Below, one piece after another: positions 12,161 to 24,525 of a stretch of 64,000 bases of DNA. The stretch spans positions 3,782,001-3,846,000 of the forward strand of contig NC_043005.1 in NCBI RefSeq assembly GCF_006345805.1, read 5' to 3'. Each line of letters begins with the position of its first letter. Positions within the stretch are counted from its first letter, which is position 1. Origin of the DNA: Octopus sinensis (Eukaryota). A program made the translations under genes and the position numbers. A model generated the notes under the pieces. It did not search any database. It saw only the letters and a program-made list of their open reading frames with translations, and was not told the origin of the DNA.

Positions 12161-12729
12161 TTTAGCAAAACAAATTTTATACATGCTTTATACAGCTGGT
12201 ACACTGAGATAAAAAAAAAACCCTTGGTTTCCAAATGTAAATACGAACCCCTTTAAATTTCCACCCTTGTCTTATACAAGAAACTAAGCCTTCACTAAAA
12301 CCATTCATAACATAAATTAGATCAGGTTGGTGACAGAAACTATTGACTATGTTTTGGTAAGTTATCTGAGAAGTTCATCTACTTAATTTAATGGGTGCCC
12401 TTTACAGTTAACTATTCCCATCTAGAGCATCTGAAAACCTCCTTACACACAGTCTGACATCTGACATTGCCACGTGTGTGTGTGTGTATGAAGAGAGAGA
12501 GAAAGCGAACAGACTAAAAGCTTGTAAAAAAAAAATGTAATGACTGTTAGCCTATGCCACATTTTCAGTATTTAGATAACAAAACCATAAATGAAACAAA
12601 ATCTATGACACAGATTAAAGCAGAAAGAACAACTTATTTTGTGATTATTTTAAACAAAAACCAGCTAAAGGGTAAACATAGCTTAGTTTAATTATCCCCC
12701 TGTATCAAGGGCAGTCAGAGCCACTGTTT

Positions 12730-12945
12730 TGTCATATGATCTCTTTTAGTCCTCTGCCTCTACAAAGGATTCTGTCCTTCTTCTCGAGCTGATCCTCTGG
12801 TTGTAGGTGACCATTTATTACTTCTTGAAAGTATTCCATGCTGGCACTGCAGCCACCAAATTCAAGTTTGGTGACTGCAGGCCCCTCCAAAGACCTGCCT
12901 TGCCTCCAACATACTCCAGCTTTAATTCCATGACCCAGATGCATG
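12730..12945 (-). mobile_element. Possible decayed maT/Tc1-type transposase C-terminal fragment
   Basis: Frameshifted WSMLEAR..SLEGLQ..AWNTF pattern like DD37D C-termini. Confidence 0.35.
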
Positions 12946-15132
12946 CCTTGTGGTTAGGTGTTCAGCTCGTAATTATAAAGTTATGAGTTCAATTCCCAGA
13001 CCAGACGGAGCATTGTGTCTTTCAGCAAGACACTTCATTTTATGTAGCTTCAGTCTATTCAGCTCAAAATGAGTAACGAATACCATTTGGGTGCTGAGGC
13101 ATTTCTCTCTCTCTCTCTCTCCAGGTGTCACATCCAATATATGCTGCTGAGTCAAAGGGAGAGAGAGAGTTAAGAAGGGGTCTGTGTCTATTCACAACTA
13201 CAGAGACACCTAAAAACCATGAGTGACAACATTGTACAGGTTATACCAAACCATATTCATTCACGGAAACCTTCTCCTAAATACTTTCATACGATTTCTA
13301 TCTCAGAACACACACACACACACACTCTCGTCTCCCCCCCCCCTCTGGTTATTCCCTGCAGCCAACTACTACTTTTCTGCAATTCAAACCAAATTTTCAC
13401 ACTGATGTGCTCTGAATTCCAATCATTTGGCATGAAAAGAAAATGCCAAGCTGCCCTTAAAATGTTACTTAGTTTTCACATTTTCAAATGAAAATGTCAT
13501 GTAGGGCCCTTAAAATGCTAGCAGACGCTTTCAACCAGCCAACTAAACAGGTTCACTATGACTGGAGATTGTTGATATGAAGAGTAAGGTGAAATAGAAG
13601 CGAATAAAAGCAGTGCCGTAGATTGGGGAGAGTCGGCAGCTGACTTTAACTGCAATGCATTCATTCGCTCGTCTTCTGCCTTAAACACTATGGACTTGCT
13701 AACTAACCCACTGGCCTTCTTCCCCAGACAGATTGGTAATCATTCAGGCTGCTCTTTTATCACTACACAACAACAATAACAGAATGGAGTGTGAGAGGTC
13801 AATTTGCCATTTCAGACGATCTCCTTCCAGGTTTAATACGTAATAATGTGTCGATAGAGTCGATGACCAGGGCCGGCAGCAATAAAATACAAACACTGTG
13901 TAGAAATCGATGTCTCTTCAATGTGAATAACCACTTGCTACGATGTATGTAGGGGGTGGTAGGGTGTCGTCGTTAAAGCATATAATGCAGGTTATGTGAT
14001 TGTTATTTAACCCCAGGTCGAAGTAGATCGAGCAGGCCTATGATTAAAAGCAATCTAGCCGTGAGCAAACCATTTTTTTTTCTTATGCACGGGGAACCCA
14101 ATATATTTATCCAACACGGAGACAATAGGACAAAATTTATATTTTTATAAGGGTAGGATGTGATTTGAAGGGAGATTTATAACAGCTATTTCTTGACGGT
14201 CGGGCAATCACGAAGACACTCCTTCCTTAGCTCATGCTAGGTAACCTAGGGGTGGATTTAGTATATGTAATTACATGCATGAAACGCAGAAAGATGTCGG
14301 GTACATATTTGCTGTTTTTTCCCTTTCTGCAATGTTTTAAATGCTATACACACACACACACACACACTCTCTCTCTCGCTATATATATGTGTATATATAT
14401 ATACATACACACACTCTCTCTATTGCTATATATATATATATGTATATATATACATACATACACACTCTCTCTCTCTCTTGCTATATATATGTATGTATAT
14501 ATATATACACACATACACACAAATTGATTTACACAGTTTATTCGGTAAATGTATATATATATATAACTCAGTATATGCCTGTTTCAGAACGAAATGTTAG
14601 ACGAGTATAGAGTGGTAATTAGAAAAAGAGGGGACAAAGGAACAAACGATGATCATGTGCCCAGTAGAGAGCTGGCGAAACAATAATTCGAATGGGACTC
14701 AATATGCGTATTACGTAGTATATATAAAAATGTTTCTTCTAAGAATGTAGAATAGATGTTGCTTAGAGGTAAAAGCTAATCTTCACACACACACGCTACC
14801 ACAGAGTAGCTATACTCCCTGATTGAATACTCAACGGTTCGCATCCCGTCCCCGTGCAGTGATGTTCTTAGCAAAGAGACACCCAGCGCCGTGACATAAC
14901 CACCCAGGTACCGCTTAAAAGTACATCTTACTGACGATAACAACAAACACAACAGTTACAAGTAACTAATGCCGGGGGTCCATCTTCTTAATCAGCAACC
15001 AGACAGGGGATATATATTAAGTAATAACGGTCACATCATCAAAACCTGGGGAAGGGGAGCGACAGAATGATGGTTTATTTGAACTTAAATGACAGATTTA
15101 CCAGTATGACGATACGTATTCTGGCATAACTA

Positions 15133-15634
15133 CAGATTGGTGCCCCACCGACTTTCCCCGTAACTTTTTTTTAAATATGTATATTTTTCAATGAAATTTT
15201 GCCGAGATACGTCTTCGAAGGCGTAGATTACAATTACACTAGTGAAATTTTGAGACCCCCACCCACAAATACGAATTTTTAGGAGGAACTTTAGATCGTT
15301 TTCCATCCTCCCGTCTAGATTATGTTATCACCAATTTCCGTAATTTCAGCATTTTACACTCTTTTTCCAGAAATCTAGTTTTGATACATCAACATTACAT
15401 AATCTAGCTTCTCGTAAACGTATTTCTACAGAATGTCATTTAAAATAGAAATTTTCAAGAGAGTTATGAAGAAACAAAGGTGGGGAGATGTGAGAATGAT
15501 TCGAAACTCATAATGTTTTTTTCTTTTCTTTAATGTTATCAATATAACCATAACCGACACGCTCAGAAAAATGTCTCTGCGAAATTTTAGTCATACGCAT
15601 GTATTTTTCACAAAATCTCGGGGGCACTAATGTG
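15133..15634. mobile_element. Tc1/mariner-type MITE
   Basis: Imperfect TIRs CAGATTGGTGCCCC / GGGGCACTAATGTG flanked by TA on both sides (15131-15132, 15635-15636); no ORF. Confidence 0.65.
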
Positions 15635-16339
15635 TAATTATGCCCTTATATTTTTGTATAATTAATTTGAAGATTTTTAGGGAAAAAATTATGTAAATAT
15701 AAACTAATAATCTTTCATTTTATTTATTTATTTTAGATTTTTTTTCACGTTGATATCTTTTTTTGACAATAAAATTCATATTTTACGAATACAATTCTTT
15801 TCATTCTCCTCAGTAAATCTGTTTCCTTTTGAAATATCTAATATCATATTTTAACAATAAATCTTATTTGATACATTTTAAAAATTATTTTTAAAAGACA
15901 ACTTATATTAATAATATTTTTATCATAGAATATTATCATAAAATTAAAAGCATTTTAAAAGCTTTTATTAATTATTAAATTCGCAAATTTAACCCTAATG
16001 AACTACTCCAAATTTTAAATGCTTTTAGAGTAAACAATATTTCAAAATGATTTCAATTCATTTTCTTTTTATATAAGTCTGATAATTAAGAAATGTTTCC
16101 TCAAGCATTAGAAGTTATTTTATTGATAATTTCGATAAGAAATCGTAAAGTTGTGTTCATTTCGACAGAATAATAATAATATTGATTATGTGGCCAGATT
16201 TATTACACTATCTTCGTAAAAGTATTACATACTCGATATATATATATATATATGCCATTAGAAAAATATATATATATATTCATTGAGAATGATTTGAACC
16301 CCTGTTATGCCGGAATTTTTATTCCCTAACAAATAAAAT

Positions 16340-16371
<32 letters not shown>

Positions 16372-16619
16372 CTATGTACATACACTGTGTATACATAGGT
16401 TATATAGATATACATATATGCATACACATACACACAGCTATATAGATTATATATATTCTCATATATAAACAAATATGTCCACACACATATATATGTATAT
16501 ATAAAGCATATATAAATATGTCTACACACACACACATATATATATACATAAACACTATATATATACATGTATGTATGTATATAAACACACACATACAATA
16601 TATATATGGTATGCAAGTG

Positions 16620-17620
16620 TGTAGAGCAACAGTTGTAAAGATGAACGTCAATGAAATCACAGGATTAAACACGAGGAATGCAGAAAAAAGGCTGAAAATA
16701 ATATTTAATACTTACAAATGTGTGTAAGCCGAAACAAATGGGAAACTTATGAATCCAGACAAGATTTCTTCCGGAGTGCAAATGTCGTGTGAGGACAGCA
16801 AAGATGTAAGATGCTCTCCCACTGGGTAGGGACCACGACAAAAAAACGGCCAATTTGCTATTTAAAAAAATAACCAGGGAAGAGAAAAGGAGCAGACGAA
16901 GGGGATGATGATGGTTCGTCCATAACAAGCAAAACGGTGCAAATGCAGTGACAATTGCGTCTGTTACAAAGTAGGGAGACTAATATAGATGACTGTATGT
17001 GTATAACATTGACAGGTAAGGGCTGGTTGTTAGAAGATGTATGGGGACAGAGAGAGAGAGAGAGATAAGGAGACAAGGTGCTCCTTGCCAACCCCGTTAA
17101 CAACTGCTACTGTTGCTGATGGGAGAGGGAAAGAGGGTGTGTTAGAGAGAAGTAGGGGGGCGGTGATGACAGCTGGTTGATTATAAAAGAGTTTGATGGT
17201 AGGTGGACGTTAGATTAAATACACTATATTATATTATCCATGTGAAGTTGGTAAGATTATACCATGGTGAGCTGGCGCGCCTAAGTGTGTGTGTTAGCAT
17301 GTACCGACGTGTGTGTCACGTATCTATGCGTGTGTGTATGTATGTATATATATATCTATCTAGCTATACACATAGATATATATGTATAGTGGGTGGGAGA
17401 GGAGAGCTCGGTGGTGTAGAAATTCCAGCTGGAAAGCCGAAATGGAGCCTGTTTGGGAAGCGGTGAGGAGGTTGGTGACGGCGTCCAGCTAATGCAGTGC
17501 TACTAACTTAGCAGACATCATGCATCGACGTCAGCACAAGGTCACTGCGCATGCGTACCACTCACGCCGCCGACTGACGACGGTTGCAGCCGTCAGTTCG
17601 TTTTTCGTCTGTTCTGTTAT
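16620..17620. promoter_or_regulatory. Promoter / non-coding first-exon-like region, strand unresolved
   Basis: CpG-retaining; CRE-like CGACGTCA 17526-17533, NRF1-like TGCGCATGCGTA 17546-17557, Inr-like TCAGTT 17593-17598; donors GTAAGT (minus, 16715) and CAG|GTAAGG (plus, 17016). Confidence 0.4.
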
Positions 17621-17784
17621 TCTTATATTCTTTTGACTTGTTTCAAGTTATTGGACTGCAGCCATGCTGGGGCCCCGTTTTGAAGAGGTGGGGATAACGA
17701 TAGTTTTGAAGGCGAAGCAAGGAGTTTAGCGGGTGAAACAATGGACATTAAAAGAAGAGATAGAAAAGTGTGTAGAGAAAAATT

Positions 17785-18476
17785 GGATCTTTTCCTTTTG
17801 AACGGCAATTTTCAACACAATTTCTAGTAAACTAAACACTTTTAAACTTCGTATACTGGTAGAATGTGTTTATAAAACATCATTTTCTCTTGGCTTTATT
17901 GAGAAAATTCTATAGTTTGTAAGATTTTAAGAAACAGATTGGGTTTATTTACATTTGTGAAGAAAAAAGATACCCTTCCCCCACCCCTAACCCTAAATCT
18001 AAAATAGATTGAAATGCAATAGATCGATACTAGGGCCATAATTATGGGTGACATTTTCATTTCACACCGCTAGGAAAAAAATCCCATTTTCTGTAGCGGT
18101 GTTGTATGAAATTGTCACCCATAATTATAACCCTACTATCGATCTATTGCATTTCAATCTGTTTTAGGGTTAGGATTAGGGGTGGGGGAAGGGTATCTTT
18201 TTTTCTTCGCAAATGTAAATAAACCCAATCTGTTTCTTAAACGAGGGACATATTCATACAGCACGGAATGTTTTCACCCCAAATGGACTCCAGCGATTGG
18301 TTAAAATTGCTGAAATGCTTGATTTTAAAGTGGAAATATCTTACAAACTATAGAATTTTCTCAATAAAGCCAAGAGAAAATGATGTTTTATAAACACATT
18401 CTACCAGTATACGAAGTTTAAAAGTGTTTAGTTAACTAGAAATTGTTACAAAGTGCCGTTCAAAAGGAAAAGATCC
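17785..18476. mobile_element. Fold-back element / long-TIR MITE
   Basis: 17785-~18071 is the reverse complement of ~18093-18476, apart from a ~100-bp extra segment (~18240-18340) in the right arm. Confidence 0.8.
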
Positions 18477-18639
18477 GAAAAATTTTAGAAAAAAAACAAA
18501 AACAAATTGTCGTTTTCGATGATGAATTTTCCAGGTGTTGTATATGAAATCTCTCATCAGATTTCAGTCTGAGTGGTCAAGTATATCACAGACACGTGTA
18601 TTCTTTATGCAGAGGTTTTCAATTTTTTTTTCTTTTAAT

Positions 18640-19338
18640 GAAGTGGTGAAGCACGACCTTCGAACATTAGGCCTCACGGAGGCAATGACTAGTGACCGAG
18701 ACCTTTGGAAATATGCTGTGCTTGAGAAGACCCGGCAAGCCAAGTGAGACCATAACCCGTGGCCTATGCCAGTGGTGTTGCCAGCCCACATGCATACCTT
18801 TCCTTCATTAGACACTAAACTCTGCTTGCAAAGACCTGTTGAGGCAGGTGAAATCGAAATCAAATTTGATGACTGGCATCCGTGCTTGTGGAGCGCTAAG
18901 AGCACCATCCGAGCGTGATCGTCGCCAGAGCAGCTAACTGGCTTCCGTGTTGGTGGCATGTAAAAAGCACCATTCGAACGTGATTGTTACCAGTGTCGCC
19001 TTACTGGCACTTGTGCTGGTGGCACGTGAAGAAACATTCGAGCGAGGTCATTGCCAGTGCCGCTTGACTGGCTTCTGTGCAGGTGGCATGTAAAAAACAC
19101 CATTTGAGCGTGGCCGTTACCAGTTCCGCATGACTGGTTCTTGTGCCGGTGGCACGTAAAAGCACCCACTACACTCTCGGAGTGGTTGGCGTTAGGAAGG
19201 GCATCCAGCTGTAGAAACTCTGCCAGATCAGATTGGAGCCTGGTGCAAGCCATCTGGTTCGCCAGTCCTCAGTCAAATCATCCAACCCATGCTAGCATGG
19301 AAAGCGGACGTTAAATGATGATGATGATGATGATGATG
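18640..19338 (+). mobile_element. RTE LINE 3' end (ORF C-terminus, repetitive 3' UTR, (GAT)n tail)
   Basis: VVKHDLRTLGLTEAMTSDRDLWKYAVLEKTRQAK* followed by ~60-bp UTR repeats and a GATGAT tail. Confidence 0.85.
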
Positions 19339-19441
19339 GTCCATTGGCAATCAAATGAAATATCACTGATGTACTTGGTATGAAAAGATATATAAAACAC
19401 CAACAAACTAGTTTTAATGTTCAAAATTTTACAGAAAAGCG

Positions 19442-19680
19442 TCATCACCATCATTTAACGTCTGTTTTCCATGCTGGCATGGGTTGGATGGTTTGACAGG
19501 AGCTGGCATGCTGGAGGGCTGCATCAGGCCCCAGTCAACTGTTTTTGACATGGTTTCTGTGGCTGGATGCCCTTTCTAATGCCAACCACTTTACAGAGTG
19601 TACTCGATGCTCTTTATGTGGCACCAGCACTGAGGATTTTTGCATGGTGCCTACACAGGTGCTTTTTACATGTTGCCAGC
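19442..19680 (-). mobile_element. RTE LINE 3' terminal fragment
   Basis: CATCATTTAACGTCTGTTTTCCATGCTGGCATGGGTTGG signature, inverted relative to 18640-19338. Confidence 0.8.
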
Positions 19681-20569
19681 CCCTTTTGTTACCATATTTC
19701 TGGTGACATACACTGCCCTTCTTTCACTCACTTTTGGAAATTATGAAGAATTTAATAAAAGAATATTGTATTATTTAGTTGGATGTTTGGAATAATTTTA
19801 AATTTTGATGGATTTTATATTTAATTACTTTAAATCAAGAAGTTTGTATCATAGAAGTAAGAGCAGTCTCAGGGAGGTTGATATCAAACAGGATTGTGCA
19901 TAACAAAACTATGATTAGTTCTAACACGTTTTTCAAGATACTTAGACATTAATAAAGATTTCCTGAAGCCTTAAATTACACATTTAAAAATGTGAAGCGG
20001 GCCTCAATACTGCTTATGATATCAATATGCCCAAAGTTCAAGAGTCACTGACTTAGGCTGGATTAGCATGAGATGATATGCAACAAGGCTGGTCCTTTCA
20101 ATTACAGATATAATCCATCAGAAGGTTTTCATATAGCTTCACTCTTGTTTCACTCAAAGGACTTAGGGCCATCTGAGGCTTTGGTGGAAGACATCTTGCC
20201 AAGGGTCCACACAACGGATTTGAACTCAAGACCTTATGGTTATGAATTGAACATTTCAACCATTCAGGCATACTTACAGAAAGACATGCATAGGCATAAA
20301 CATGAGTATGTGTGTGCATATCTATGTCTGTCTGTCTGTCTGTCTATCTGTATACACACACATACACATATATATACACATACACATTTACACACACATA
20401 TACATATATACATATGTGTATATCTCTTCTCTTAGCTCTCAGGTCCTCCACTGCTGTCAGCACAGTGGGCAATAAGCCTCTCAATTGCTTGCTTTTCCTC
20501 TTAGCTTCACTCAGGTTGATTCCCATCATCATCATGTCATCCTGAGGAATTCCAACCATGTTTCTTGAT

Positions 20570-21800
20570 TCACTACCTCAACAGCTCCTTTATAGGATCC
20601 AGTGGCTAAAGGCATCATCAGGAGGAACCATGTCCAGTTTCGGCCCTTACTCTTCTACCGTTTTCGACGTGGCAGGGCCCCCTCCTTTCAGCTCTGGTTT
20701 TGAGTGCGTTTTTTCCTTTCTCCTTTTTTATTGCGCCACATCTTCCTTGGTCTTTATCCTCCTTATGGCATGTCTTTTGTGTGCTAATTGAAGCACACAG
20801 CCAATAAACTGCTGTTTAGTCTTCACATCCTGCAAAAACTTCCCATGCCAGCTCTTCTTATCACCTCTTTGTTTCTCACTCTGTAAAAAAAAGCCCAGGA
20901 TTGAATGGAGGCAACATTGATGGGACACTCCCAGCATTTAAAAGATCTTCTTCCAGATTTCACAGACGTAGATAATTGTTAATAAAACAACACATGAGAG
21001 TGGTTGCAGCTTTATCTTCTTACCGATTCTCTTCAGTCTCCATATTAAATAAAGGCTTTAGAAAACTGATTCTGTTTTACCTATCCTGGTCTTGACTTCA
21101 AATTCTGCATCACCTTCATTGGAAATATGGCTTTTGAGAAATGTAAACTTATTGATGTACTTGATTTCATCTTGTCTGAGATTGACACGTTGTACTTGGC
21201 TTCCACCAATTGGCATGGCTTTGGGTTTTTTCAGTGCTAATCTACAACCCTGCTTTTGCCCTCAAAAGCTACCTGTCATGGCCTGCATTATATCTCTGTC
21301 AGAGCTTAGTAATGCCAAATCATCTGTGAAATCCAAATCCATCAGTTTTTCCAGTCCTCATATAATTTGTAGAATTGGTGCTGTTTGTTGATTTTCATAT
21401 GATGAAGCCAGTTGCTATCAGGAACAGAAATGGGGACAAGATGAAACCCTAGCTTACTGACTCCAGCAGCAATTTTGAACATATTGTGACTCCACCGCTT
21501 GTCCTTACACAACACTGTGAGTTCCTACATAGAGATGTAGAGATGTCGTCACATATACTTGGAGCCTGATAGACTCTCAAGACATTCCAGAATCTATCTT
21601 TGTGAACACTGTCAAATGCTTTCTAATGATTGATGAAATTAATTAGTGGTTGCCTGCAAGGTTCTCATCTTTACTTAATTATATTTTGCAGCACAAAGAT
21701 CTGCCACTCCGAAGACCTGTCTGCTTCTCTCTCAGCACAGCATCAATCTCCTTTCATCCACTCAGCAGGACACTGCAAAGAACTTTACCAGACACAGATA
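20570..21800 (-). mobile_element. Old decayed RTE reverse transcriptase fragment
   Basis: Minus frames: GFILSPFLFLIA and LMDLDFTDDLALLS (equivalent to LDFADDIALL); numerous stops. Confidence 0.7.
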
Positions 21801-21859
21801 ACAGCATAATATGCGCATGCACACACATATGCACATACATCCACACATATATATATATA

Positions 21860-22330
21860 TCATCTTCATCCTTTAACGTCTGCTTTTGAAGCTGGTATGG
21901 GTTGGACAGTTTGACCAGAGCTGACAAGCTGAAGAGCTGCACCAGGTTCCAGTGTGATTTAGTTTGGTTTCTATGGTTGGATGCCATTCCTAATGCCAGC
22001 CACTCTACAGTGTGTGCTGGGTGCTTTTAATGTGGCACCAGCATAACCGCTTTTACGTGGCACCAACATGTGTGCTTTTTATGTGGCACTGACACATGAC
22101 ACTTGTAGACCAATCCTCTTCACCAGGGAATGCAGCCTTAATTCTGCTGTGGAGGGCAGGTCATCTCAAGTGCAGCAAGGCATCAAGTATCTTGGTCCCT
22201 TTTCATCTTATTTGAAAGGCTCAGCATTCTGAGGTCATCTTTCAATCCTTCAGTACCTCATCCCATGTCTTCCTGGGTCTCCCTCTTCCACATGTTCCTT
22301 CCATTTTGAGAGATGGGTACTTCTTTATAG
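21860..22330 (-). mobile_element. RTE LINE 3' fragment
   Basis: Same tail signature abutting (TA)n at 21847-21860; decayed C-terminal ORF at ~22180-22330. Confidence 0.7.
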
Positions 22331-23841
22331 AGCTGTTGGCATATATAAGAACAAAACTGCACTTCAAAACGAATCTCATACCTCATAAAATCAAGCATTC
22401 ACAACACCTGTATTTTTCCAATAGTTTTGTATTGGCTAAAAAATGTTGAGTCAGCGGTAAACACTTAAATTCACAAACAAGAGAAGAAAGCACCCCAGTA
22501 AATTATGCAGAGATCAACCTGTTGTTTGTTCCTTCAGGAGCCATGCCTGGTTCATTAGGGCTGGTTTCCTGGTTTCATTGGCATATAGGTTCCCCACCTG
22601 GATGGGATGCTGGTCCATTGCAGGTGAGCTGCAAGATGCAGGAGGAGAGAGTGAGAGGAAGTTGTGGTGAAAGAGTCAGCAGAAGTTTGCCATGTGGAGC
22701 TTAGGTGTTTCACTCATAAACACACACATCGCCTGGGCTGAGATTCGATCCCATGATCCCTCAACCACGAGTCCACTGCTCTAACCACTAGGCCATGTGC
22801 CTCCACGATCAACTTGTTAGCATTCATAATTATTCTGTCAAATATAATATTTATTTATTTGCATTGTTTTAAGTTAATCCTGGATTATCTCATAGCTTTG
22901 AGATTTCAATGATGCGATTGTTTATTTTTAGAATGACAGTGTAGGGTATGTGTGAGAGACTGGATCTGGTCAGTTTGAACATAAAACTAGTAGAATATTT
23001 GGGCCAGATATGGTCCATCTAAATTCTAAAGATTAAATATATTTCTCATTATTTGAAGTCCAAAAGCACTTTGTAAGTCTTTGGTCACTGAGTTCAAGTC
23101 TTGCTGAGGTCAACCTTACCTCTCATCGCTCTGGGGTCAATAAAACAAAGTACCAGTCAAAGTGGCGGGGTCAATGATATCAATCAAACCCTTCTCTAAG
23201 ATTGCTGGCTTTATACTGAAATCAGAAATCCTAATAAGGCAGTGAGTTGACAGAATCATTAGAGCATCGGACAAAATGCTTTGTGGTATTTACTTACAGC
23301 CGGTTACATTCCGATTAAAGAGAGTATTTGCTGTTTTGCTGTGATAAGCTTTTTTTCCGAGACAGAAATTTATTAAAGTTTTGTTTTCTATTATTTATTT
23401 TACTTTTCCTACACAATATATATTATCAAACGGGACTATGAAATGTTGTGAGATTCATGCCTTTCTTAAGAGTACAAGTAATTTTATTGGAAAGAACTTT
23501 CTTTAATTGTTCTTAGCAGCTGATATGCCTTTGACTGACAAAAATACATTTTTGTTTTCTCACCTTTTTTTTCTTATTTGTAACAGGTGAGTCCTGTTGA
23601 CATTGACTCTCCCTCTCTCCTATTCTCCTTTGCTAACTTCCTTTCTCTTATCTCCTCATTTTTCTAACTCTCTCGCTCTCTCATATATATATATATGTGT
23701 ACACACACACACACACGACATGGTTGTAAACCAAATTTCTTCACCTCATAATCATGTGTATATATCTGTAGATCTTTATCTACCCATCCCTCTTCTCTCT
23801 GTGTATATATCTATCTATCTCTTATGTATGTACACATATAC

Positions 23842-23898
<57 letters not shown>

Positions 23899-24408
23899 CT
23901 GACTTTAAATACCTTAGATCATTTTTTGGGTCATTCGTAATCCCATACCCTCCTCCTCCGAGACAGATTTAATTTCACGAATGAATGTCAAATTCACAAC
24001 AGACCTCCATTCCCCCATTTAAGTAAAGAAAGATGACATCGGTCTATGACTGTTTTGTCAAGCAATTTTAGTGAATTAATGAAGCTTAGTGCAAAACCAC
24101 AGCCAGACCCACCTTTCAATTCATTGGTGTCTTGTGTTTTTGAGAGCAGAAGTTGAATAAAATAAAATTTGTTGTCTTGGCTGTATGGTTAAAATGTTTG
24201 CTTCCCAATCACGTGCTTCTGGGTTCAGTCCCACTGCGTGACACCTTGGACAAATGTCTTCTACTATAGCCTTAGGCTGAGAAAAACCTTGTGAGTGGAT
24301 TTGATCGACACAAACAGAAAGAAACCCATCATAAATGTTCACACATACACATGCATGTGCATGCACACACGTACACACACACACACACACAAATATATAT
24401 ATATATAT

Positions 24409-24443
<35 letters not shown>

Positions 24444-24489
24444 GCCACTACACATTCTTTATTTTCTCTCCTTGTTTCTTTCTGTGTCC

Positions 24490-24525
24490 CTTTCTGTGGA
24501 AGAGCCTAGGCTCGAAACGTAAAAG
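24490..24525 (+). ncRNA. Minimal hammerhead-like motif (A6U core variant)
   Basis: CUUU-CUGUGGA-A-GAGC-CUAG-GCUC-GAAAC-GUA-AAAG; stems I and II pair perfectly; GUA triplet. Confidence 0.5.

Noticed and set aside
14234-16727. Numerous YIYI/HTHT/CVCV ORFs (also near 24.3, 34.1, 54.4, 57.9 and 60.8 kb)
   Set aside because: Translations of dinucleotide and tetranucleotide microsatellites.
17985-18190. Telomere-like CCCTAA/TTAGGG units as an interstitial telomere
   Set aside because: Only about two imperfect units, mirrored as part of the fold-back arms.
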